NCBI GenBank assembly: GCA_043821645.1
Contig: JBDRCO010000043.1
Span: 96,001-160,000, forward strand
DNA from: Pseudomonadota bacterium
Lineage (GTDB): Bacteria; Myxococcota; JACRCW01; JAFGSX01
DNA length: 64,000 bases
Reading direction: 5' to 3'
The notes beneath the pieces were generated by a model. It saw only the letters and a program-made list of their open reading frames with translations. It was not told the DNA's origin and made no database searches. Positions 53,646-61,529 of this stretch are shown piece by piece; the first letter of the stretch is position 1, and each line of letters begins with the position of its first letter. A program made the translations under genes and the position numbers.

Positions 53646-54788
53646 TCAGGTCCACACACCTGGAATGGCGCGCTGGCAGCGAGGGCAATGGCCGGCGACC
53701 AGATTGTTCTCGACCACGCTGAAACCGGTGCGGCGAATCAGCAAGGCCCGGCAGCCTGGACAGCTGGTGTTCTCGCCCGGGTGCCCGCGGACGTTGCCCA
53801 TGTACACGAAATCCAGGCCCTCGGCCCTGGCAACGTCGTAGCAGCGCTCGAGGGTGGCCACCGGCGTGGGCGGCAGGTTCTTCATGCGATAGGTCGGGTG
53901 AAAACGCGTGAAGTGCAGCGGGGTCTCACGACCGAGGTTGCGGCGGACGAAACGGGCAAGCTGCGCGACCTCGCGCTCGTCGTCATTGTGACCGGGCAGC
54001 ACCAGCACCACGATCTCGAGCCACACGCCAGCCTTCTTGATGATCTGCAAGCTGTGCAACACCGGCTGCAGCCTGGCGGCACACAGCTCCTCGTAGAAGC
54101 GGTTGCCAAAGGCCTTGAGGTCCACCTTGTAGGCCGTGATGTGAGGCAACAGCTCCAGCAGCGGTTTCTCCTCGATGTAGCCGTTGCTCACCACCACCGA
54201 ACGCACGCCGGTGCGCGCGCCCAGACGCGCGGTATCGAGCATGTATTCGTAAAAGATGACGGGCTCGGTGTAGGTGTAGGCGATGAAAGGTGCACCGTCG
54301 GCGCTGGCGAGGGCGTGGCATTGCTCGGGAGAGACCCGTCGCGCGGCCACCTGCTCGGGCCGGTACTGCGAGATCTCCCAGTTCTGACAGAACTTGCACT
54401 CCATGTTGCAGCCGGTGGTGGCGACGGAGAAGGCCAGGCCACCCGGCACAACGTGAAAGAAGGGCTTCTTCTCGATGGGATCGGTGTGCATGGACACCAG
54501 GCGCGAGTGCACCAGCGAGTGGTAGGTGCCGCCGCGGTTCTCGCGCACACCGCAATAACCGCGCTCGAGGTCCGCGACCTGGCAGCGCCGCGGGCACAGC
54601 TCGCAGCGCACGCGCAGGCGATCCAGCTTCTGGTAGTGCCTGGCCTCGATCAGGGGGTAGCCCGTGTCGTCGACACCGACCTGCGAGCTGGCCTGATCCT
54701 CCGCCCGCGCCAGGCGCGCCAGCGCCAGGCACCCCAGGCCGCAGGCTCCAGACTGCAGCAGATCGCGCCGGGTCAGCTTCGGGCTCAT
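53646..54788 (-). CDS. AmmeMemoRadiSam-type radical SAM enzyme with Tat signal
   Basis: TRRDLL signal, CELCPRRC, DPIEKKP, CNMECKFCQNWEISQ and YTYTEP. Confidence 0.92.
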   Translation of the reverse strand: MSPKLTRRDLLQSGACGLGCLALARLARAEDQASSQVGVDDTGYPLIEARHYQKLDRLRVRCELCPRRCQVADLERGYCGVRENRGGTYHSLVHSRLVSMHTDPIEKKPFFHVVPGGLAFSVATTGCNMECKFCQNWEISQYRPEQVAARRVSPEQCHALASADGAPFIAYTYTEPVIFYEYMLDTARLGARTGVRSVVVSNGYIEEKPLLELLPHITAYKVDLKAFGNRFYEELCAARLQPVLHSLQIIKKAGVWLEIVVLVLPGHNDDEREVAQLARFVRRNLGRETPLHFTRFHPTYRMKNLPPTPVATLERCYDVARAEGLDFVYMGNVRGHPGENTSCPGCRALLIRRTGFSVVENNLVAGHCPRCQRAIPGVWT

Positions 54789-55777
54789 GCCTCGATCACC
54801 TGGACCCTGGACAGATCCGCCTCACCCAGCCCGTGGGCGGCGGCCAGGGCCAACCAGCGCGGGGGCCGACCCGCCTCCTGCAACGATGGCAATCCCTTGG
54901 CGCGCCTCCTGTCCTCGAGAATGCGCGCGCCCAGGGCATCCAGCGCCACGGGGTCCGTCGAGGCCAGCACGGCCTCGTAGGGCCACAGGAAGTCCGGCGC
55001 GTAGGCGGGCCCACCCTGGCACTGCGCGTACAGCGCATCGCACACCACCAGTCGCGTCTTGTGCCGCAGCGGGCTCAGTGCACTCAGATCGGCGACGTAA
55101 GGGCTGCACTGGTGGTCGTGGTACTTGTTGGGATTGTGGATGGCGCCGTACCAGTTCTTCAGGCTCAGGGACACGCCCGCCAGGTCGTGGTCCTTGAGCA
55201 CGGGTGCATTGATCTGGGCCGTACAGGTGCGGGTGACCAGGCGCGACAGGCAACCGCCCACGCTGCCGGCCTCTGTGGGCTCGGCCTCGTAGTCGCCGTC
55301 GGTGCCGAGCACGCGCAGCGAGAAGCGCTCCTTCTGCACGGTGTAGCCCGCGCGAGTGAGTTCTCGCGACGAGCGCTCCCAGATGATCACGTTGAAGGGT
55401 TTGACCCCGCCGAGCTGCACACCCTCGGCCAGCGCCAGGGCCACCTCGGGCCGGGTCGACATGCGCTTGCCGGCGAGGCAGTTGACCTTGATTCCCACCA
55501 CGTCGTCCGGGCCGAACAGCGAGGCAAAGGCATCGCGGGCGCTGCCCAGGCCCGTGGCGTCCTGCACGGCGCGGAACACCATCTCCCGCACCACGCGGTC
55601 GCGCACGCGGCCGCCCTCGAGCGTGACGCCGGGGCGCCTCACCAGAGCCACGCGGCTGCGCGACCTGGAAACGGCACCGGCAGCACTTGCAAGCAGCAGC
55701 TCGAGGGCAGGTGTCAGCGCCAGCGCCCCTGCCGCGGCTCCACCGTGCTGGACGAACTGTCGCCGGCTGCATCCCAT
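54785..55777 (-). CDS. DUF362 domain protein with Tat signal
   Basis: SRRQFV signal, VGIKVN, PVLKDH, LSLKN and DPVALD. Four-nt overlap with the radical SAM gene. Confidence 0.9.
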   Translation of the reverse strand: MGCSRRQFVQHGGAAAGALALTPALELLLASAAGAVSRSRSRVALVRRPGVTLEGGRVRDRVVREMVFRAVQDATGLGSARDAFASLFGPDDVVGIKVNCLAGKRMSTRPEVALALAEGVQLGGVKPFNVIIWERSSRELTRAGYTVQKERFSLRVLGTDGDYEAEPTEAGSVGGCLSRLVTRTCTAQINAPVLKDHDLAGVSLSLKNWYGAIHNPNKYHDHQCSPYVADLSALSPLRHKTRLVVCDALYAQCQGGPAYAPDFLWPYEAVLASTDPVALDALGARILEDRRRAKGLPSLQEAGRPPRWLALAAAHGLGEADLSRVQVIEA

Positions 55778-55904
55778 GAGCCGCAGCTTAGCGCAGATCA
55801 CCCCGGCCGTGGCGGGCAAGCCCGGGGCGCGTGGGCCTGCGCACCGGGAGTGATCGTTCGCAGGGCACGACCTGAGGGCCGCAGCCGTGTAAAATGTCTG
55901 GCAC

Positions 55905-56372
55905 ATGCTGCGACCACACCCCCGCTGGCTGACCCTCCTCGCGCCTCTTTTGGTGTGCGCCTGCGGTTACAACGCCCTCGACGGCTCCATCGACGACACC
56001 CACGCCCTGGATTTCACCCGCACCCGCATCGTCAAGCAGGACCAGCAGCTGGTGGTGGAGTACCTGCGCGACTCGCGCGAGGCCGTCGAGAAGGTGTGCA
56101 AGCTGGTCGCCAGGCTCGACGGGCTCGAGCTGCCGGCCGACCAGATGATCGAGCTCAAGGATGCGGATTTCTTGCAGCGCGTGGGCCTGCAGCGCGCCAC
56201 CCTGGTCGATAATGGCTTTCCCCAGATCGAGAGCGGACGCCTGCAGCTTGATCAGATCGTGTTCGAGCACGGCGGAACGGCGCGCGGCCTGTTCGAGGTG
56301 GAGTTCGAGACCCACCGCAGCCTCGATGGCTGGTTCGATGGCGTCATCGCCGAGATCGCCCCTCCCCCATGA
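55905..56372 (+). CDS. Hypothetical lipoprotein
   Basis: Lipobox VCAC and GC3 bias. Confidence 0.75.
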   Translation: MLRPHPRWLTLLAPLLVCACGYNALDGSIDDTHALDFTRTRIVKQDQQLVVEYLRDSREAVEKVCKLVARLDGLELPADQMIELKDADFLQRVGLQRATLVDNGFPQIESGRLQLDQIVFEHGGTARGLFEVEFETHRSLDGWFDGVIAEIAPPP

Positions 56373-56418
56373 CGGCCGCGCCAGGCTCACGGGCCGGGAA
56401 CACAGGAATCGAGAGAAC

Positions 56419-59376
56419 ATGATCTCCGTTCTTCCCTTTCTCGTCACCGGCCTCGTCGCCGCCGACCTTCAAGGACCTCTCACCACGCCGCTGTTCGACG
56501 GCAGCGCCCAGGTGATCGCCATCGAGCCCGGCGCTGACCGTGTCACCGTGGTGGTGGGTCCCGGCTTCTTTGCGACGCGCGCCGATCAGGAGATCGCGGA
56601 GCAGGACCGCCTCGACGCCGTGCTCGGCGTGCTCGAGAGCCTGGGGCCCTTTCGCGAGGTGCGCCTCGTGATCGAACAGGACGGCGTGCGCCGGGCACCA
56701 CCACGTCGCCAGTGGCCAGCCCTGCACAGGCCCCAGACCAACGCGGAGTCCCGGCCACCGCTGTGGCGCGTGGATCCGCCGAGCACGCGCTTCCCCTACG
56801 GCGCTCCCCTGGCGGGCAAGACGGTGGCCATCTCGGCGGGCCATGGCTGGATAGACGACAACGGACCCTGGCGCACCCAGCGCGGCCTCATCTCCTTTGA
56901 CGGCTGCGGCACCTGCCGCGGCATCGTCGAGGATTTCTCCAACGGCGACCTGGTGGCGCGCTGGCTGGCGCCCTATCTCGAGGCGGCCGGCGCCCATGTG
57001 GTGGTGGTGCGCGAGCGCGAACTGTCCACCCAGCTCGACCTCGTCGACGATGGGGATGCCCGCTACAGTGAGACCGGAGCCTGGAGCACAGGCAGCTCCG
57101 CCGGTGGCTGGGGCGGAGACTACCGCACCTGCGCCCAGGGCTCCGGCGGTGAGGCACACTACAGGTTGCAGGTGCCGCGCAGCGAGCCTTTGCTGCTCAC
57201 CCTGCGCGTGCGCGAGGGCAGCAACCGCACCAGCGGCGCCGCGGTCGACGTTCTCGACGGCGCAGGCACCACCCGCTACGCGGTGGACATGCGCGCTTTT
57301 GGCCAGCGCTTCATGCCTCTGGGCGTGCACGGTGCGGTGGCCGGCCAGGACCTCGAGGTGGTCATTCACCACGGCCTCGACGACGGCTTTCTGGTCGCCG
57401 ACGCGGTGCGCCTGGGTGGCGGCGAGCACCCTGCGGGCTACCCGTGGTGGCAGATGAGCGCGTACACCTACGTGCACTACGCCGAGGCCTCGACCGACGT
57501 GCTCAGCCGCGGCGACGTGACCATTCGCCCGGCCTACGCCGAGTACGCCGGCGCCGACGTGTACCTGTCGCTGCATTCCAACGCCACCGGCACCACCAGC
57601 CAGGCCTCGGGCACCACCACCTATCGCTTCAACTGCCTGACCTATGCCGATCACTCGACAGATCCGCCAGCTGCGGACTGCGACGACCCCGTGGGCAGTG
57701 ACAGCTTGCAGGAACTGGTGCAGGACAAGCTGGTGGCCAGACTGCGCGCGAGCTGGGATGGCAACTGGTGCGATCGCGGCACCCGCGTCGCGAACTTTGG
57801 CGAACTCCGCGAGCTGGTCGACATGCCTGGAGCCCTGGTCGAGCTGGCCTTTCACGACAACGTCGGCGCCGCCACGTGCTCGACGGGACCGGCCCCGGCC
57901 CAGGGCGACAACAAGTCCCTGCACGAGCCCGAGTTCCGGCGCCTGGCCGGCTTTGGCATGTATGAGGGCCTGCTCGAGTTCCTGGCGCCGGGTGCACCGG
58001 CGGTGCTGCCTGCCCCCACACACCTGATCGCGACCTCCACCGACGACGGGCGCTTCCGGGTCCGCTGGCGCAGCGTGAGCGGCGCGCGCGGGTATCGGGT
58101 TTACCTGGCCCGCGGCGATCGCGCCCTCGACCAGGGCCACGACGTCACCGGCACCGAGATCTTCTTCACCGACCTGGAGCCTCTGCAGGTGGCCTGCCTG
58201 CGCATCGCCGTGCTCAATGAGGGCGGCGTGGGCCTGCCAGGACCGACCCTGTGTGCCCGACCCCGCATGGCGCGCACCGACGTGGCCCCGGCCGAGGTGC
58301 TGCTGGTCGACGGCTTCGATCGCGAGGATGCCTGGGTGCAGGAGCTCGACAACAGCCACGACGCCACCCGTCGTCCGGCCCACGCCGTGGCAGCCATCAC
58401 CGAGTTCGACGCCGCCGCCGACGCCGCCACTGACGAGGCCATCGCCGACGGCGATCTGGCCCTGGGACCGTATCGCGCCGCGATCTTCGGCTTTGGCCTG
58501 GAGTCCACCGTGGATCGCACCTTCACCGCCGCCCTGAAGCCCGTGGTCGAGGCCTACCAGGCCTCGGGCGGTGGCGTGGTTGTCAGTGGCGCCGAGGTGT
58601 TCTGGGAGATGTGGCGCACCGGCGACACCGGCGATCAGACCTGGATGGAGCAGCGCTTCGGTGCGGGCTTCGCCGACGACGATGCCGCGACCTTTGATCT
58701 TCTGGCCACCACCAGTGGACCCTTGGCTGGCCTGGGCGCTTTCTCTTTTTGCTGCGACAGCGGGGTCGACGATCGCTACCTGGTGCACTGGCCCGACGTG
58801 CTGACCACCGCCGGCAGTGGCCAGATCGCCCTGCGCTACCCTGACGACACCGCAGCGGCCGTGGCCCTGACTGGCAACGCGCCCACGGTGGCGCTTGGCT
58901 TCCCCTTCGAGACCGTGGTCGGCGCCACCGCCCGCCGCGATCTCATGCGCGCCCTTTTGGGCGTGGTGGCCCCGGACATCGCCGTCGACGACTGGGACCT
59001 GGACGGCATGCCCGACGCCTGGGAGGCGCAGTATGGCTTTGACAGCGGCGACAGCAGCGACGCCAGTGCTGACGCGGACAACGATGGGCAGAGCAACCTG
59101 AGCGAGTACCAGGCCGGCACCAACCCGCGCGACGGCCAGACCACCTGGGACGCGGGACGCACCGACACCGTGGGACCGGACGTGGTGGGAACCGATGTGC
59201 AGGGAGATGCCGGGCTGGCAGATCGCCACGGTGCCGACGCGGGCCAGCCCCCGGACGACGGCTGTGGCTGTCGGGGTTGCGGCGACTGTGGCGAGTGCAG
59301 TACGCAGCGCGATCGATCGGGTGTCCTGCTCACCCTGGGCCTGCTGTTTGGCCTGTGGCGTCGCCGGCCGCGCTGA
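56419..59376 (+). CDS. N-acetylmuramoyl-L-alanine amidase (Amidase_3) with inserted beta-sandwich, FN3 domain and MYXO-CTERM-like anchor
   Basis: SAGHG, VEDF, SLHSN and LVELAF residues. FN3-like W..VSGARGYRVY. C-terminal GCGC...TM-RRRPR. Confidence 0.85.
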   Translation: MISVLPFLVTGLVAADLQGPLTTPLFDGSAQVIAIEPGADRVTVVVGPGFFATRADQEIAEQDRLDAVLGVLESLGPFREVRLVIEQDGVRRAPPRRQWPALHRPQTNAESRPPLWRVDPPSTRFPYGAPLAGKTVAISAGHGWIDDNGPWRTQRGLISFDGCGTCRGIVEDFSNGDLVARWLAPYLEAAGAHVVVVRERELSTQLDLVDDGDARYSETGAWSTGSSAGGWGGDYRTCAQGSGGEAHYRLQVPRSEPLLLTLRVREGSNRTSGAAVDVLDGAGTTRYAVDMRAFGQRFMPLGVHGAVAGQDLEVVIHHGLDDGFLVADAVRLGGGEHPAGYPWWQMSAYTYVHYAEASTDVLSRGDVTIRPAYAEYAGADVYLSLHSNATGTTSQASGTTTYRFNCLTYADHSTDPPAADCDDPVGSDSLQELVQDKLVARLRASWDGNWCDRGTRVANFGELRELVDMPGALVELAFHDNVGAATCSTGPAPAQGDNKSLHEPEFRRLAGFGMYEGLLEFLAPGAPAVLPAPTHLIATSTDDGRFRVRWRSVSGARGYRVYLARGDRALDQGHDVTGTEIFFTDLEPLQVACLRIAVLNEGGVGLPGPTLCARPRMARTDVAPAEVLLVDGFDREDAWVQELDNSHDATRRPAHAVAAITEFDAAADAATDEAIADGDLALGPYRAAIFGFGLESTVDRTFTAALKPVVEAYQASGGGVVVSGAEVFWEMWRTGDTGDQTWMEQRFGAGFADDDAATFDLLATTSGPLAGLGAFSFCCDSGVDDRYLVHWPDVLTTAGSGQIALRYPDDTAAAVALTGNAPTVALGFPFETVVGATARRDLMRALLGVVAPDIAVDDWDLDGMPDAWEAQYGFDSGDSSDASADADNDGQSNLSEYQAGTNPRDGQTTWDAGRTDTVGPDVVGTDVQGDAGLADRHGADAGQPPDDGCGCRGCGDCGECSTQRDRSGVLLTLGLLFGLWRRRPR

Positions 59377-59612
59377 ACCCGCATTCTTTTCCCGTCGTCA
59401 CGCAGCCTGCCAGCAGCCCTTCGCACTTCGGTGCATCGTCAGCAGCTCACCCCTTCGATCGGCCAAAAATTGGACGGCGCCATCTGGCGACCTTAGGGTG
59501 AAGCAGGAGCCCCTGGTGGCAGGGCGACGTCGAGTGGAGCCGGGTTGCACCGCAGCCCCGCACTCTTGACGCGACCCGGATCGCGCACCTGGGAAGCCCA
59601 CAGGAGGTGACC

Positions 59613-60032
59613 GTGATCCAGCTCATCACCAAGATACCCCTCGGTGTGCTGAAGCCAAAACCCGCGCGGCCCGAGCTGCGCCGCACCCTTCGCCGCCCGC
59701 TCGAAGCGAGGGCCTGGCTGCGGGGCCAGGGTCTGACCCTGCGCGCGGTGGTCTACGACCTGAACCGTGACGGCGCCGGGGTCGCCTCGGATGTCGAGGT
59801 GACGCCGGGGACCCCCATCCTGCTGCGCTGCTACCTGCGCGGTGCGCGCACACCCTTTTGCGCCTGGGCACGCAGCGTGCGCAGCGTGCAGCGGGCCGAC
59901 GGACGCTACGACGTGGGATTGAGCTTCCACGGCCTGCGCCAGGCAGAGCAGCAGAGGCTCGAGGCCTACTTCGCCCGCCACCTGGCGCCGCAACAACGCC
60001 TGAGCCGCTGGAGCGAGCAATTCGGCCTGTGA
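59613..60032 (+). CDS. PilZ domain protein
   Basis: RRTLR plus DLNRDG and C-terminal VGLSF. RBS AGGAGG before GTG 59613. Confidence 0.8.
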   Translation: MIQLITKIPLGVLKPKPARPELRRTLRRPLEARAWLRGQGLTLRAVVYDLNRDGAGVASDVEVTPGTPILLRCYLRGARTPFCAWARSVRSVQRADGRYDVGLSFHGLRQAEQQRLEAYFARHLAPQQRLSRWSEQFGL

Positions 60033-60091
60033 GGCGGTGACGCCAGCACGCCCGACGCGCTAACCTCTGCCTGGCCGCGGTGGAGGACGAC

Positions 60092-61486
60092 ATGAGCGAG
60101 TTGCTGGGCACCCTGCTGGTCCGCGAGGGCCTGCTCACCGAGGATCAACTGACCCAGGCTCTGGAGCGCCAGGCCAGCTACGGCGGCCGCCTCGCCTCGG
60201 TCTGCCTGAACATGGGCCTGGCCGACGAGCGCTCGCTGGCGGTGGTGCTGAGCCGCGCCACCGGCGTGCCCTTCCTGGTGCTGTCGCGCAGCGCCATCCC
60301 CGTATCCCTGACACGGGAGCTCCCCTTCACCGCGGCCACCAAGCTGCAGGCCCTGCCGCTGCGCCGCGACGGCCGCACCTTGCAGGTGGCCCTGGCCAGC
60401 CCCCGCGACGTGCAGGCCCTGGACGAGCTGCGCTTCGGCACCGGTGCGCGCCTCATCGAATACGGCGCCCTGACCCAGCCCCTGCACAACACCATCCAGC
60501 AGCTGTACGCCCTCAAGGACGGCAAGGGCGCCCAGTTGGTCGAGGGGCAGGACCTGGACCGCACCCGTCTCGTCGACGAGGCCGGTTACCTGGAGCTGGT
60601 GCGCGGCACAGATACCCTGGACAACAGCAGCGCGAACCGGGCCCAGACGCCCCTCGCAGATCTCATGTCGGGCTGGGATGATGGCGAGATCATCTCGCAG
60701 CCCACGGCCAAGGGCCAGCCCACCTTGCTGGTGGTCGACGACGAGCCAGACCTGCGGGGCATGCTGGTCGAGTACCTCAAGCGGTACGGCTACCGGGTGC
60801 TGGAGGCCGGAGACGGTCACACCGCCCTGCGCATCCTGCAGGAGCAGCTCCCCCACCTGATCGTGCTCGACGCCATGTTGCCCGGCGTGCACGGCTTCGA
60901 GATCTGCCACCAGGTCAAGCACGCCGAGGCCACGCGCCACATCGCCGTGGTCATGATCAGCGCCCTGTACCGGGGCTGGCGCTACGCCGACGACGTCAAG
61001 CGGCTGTACGGCGCCGACGAGTTCCTCGAGAAGCCCTTTCGCCTGGAGGAGCTACGCCGGGTCATCGAGCAGCACCTGCAGGCCGAAGAGGGGACCGGCA
61101 CCACCCCCGAGGAGATCAGCACCCAGGCCAATCAGCTCCTGGCCCAGGCCGCCAACGCCTACCGCGCCGGGGATGCCCAGACGGCGGTGCGCCACCTCGA
61201 GGACGCGGTGGCCCAGGCGCCCTTCTCCGCCGAGCTGCAGCAGCGCCTGGCCCTGCTGTACGAGCAGCTCGGGCAAGCCCATCGCGCCATCGCCGCGCGC
61301 GAGCGCCTGGTCGAGCTGAGACCCGAGCACGACCAGCTACTGGCCCTGGCCCAGCTCTACGAGCGGCACGGCTTCACCCACAAGGCCTTCGAGGCCTGGG
61401 AGCGCTGCTTCTGGACCGCCTCCGGCCCCGAGGAGGCCGAGAAGATTCGCGGGCACATGAACGCGCTGCTGCCCAGGTCAGGATGA
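60092..61486 (+). CDS. Response regulator with MshEN/GSPII_N domain, REC domain and TPR repeats
   Basis: LLGTLLVREGLLTEDQLTQALERQ...GRLASV, VVDDE, LDAMLPG and EKPF. Confidence 0.9.
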   Translation: MSELLGTLLVREGLLTEDQLTQALERQASYGGRLASVCLNMGLADERSLAVVLSRATGVPFLVLSRSAIPVSLTRELPFTAATKLQALPLRRDGRTLQVALASPRDVQALDELRFGTGARLIEYGALTQPLHNTIQQLYALKDGKGAQLVEGQDLDRTRLVDEAGYLELVRGTDTLDNSSANRAQTPLADLMSGWDDGEIISQPTAKGQPTLLVVDDEPDLRGMLVEYLKRYGYRVLEAGDGHTALRILQEQLPHLIVLDAMLPGVHGFEICHQVKHAEATRHIAVVMISALYRGWRYADDVKRLYGADEFLEKPFRLEELRRVIEQHLQAEEGTGTTPEEISTQANQLLAQAANAYRAGDAQTAVRHLEDAVAQAPFSAELQQRLALLYEQLGQAHRAIAARERLVELRPEHDQLLALAQLYERHGFTHKAFEAWERCFWTASGPEEAEKIRGHMNALLPRSG

Positions 61487-61529
61487 AGCAGATACTCGCG
61501 CTCTTGCATCGCAGTCGCAGGGGTTGCCC

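Noticed and set aside
59377-59612. Riboswitch upstream of the PilZ gene
   Set aside because: There is a GC-rich stem (CCGGGTTGC/GCGACCCGG) but no c-di-GMP or other aptamer consensus.
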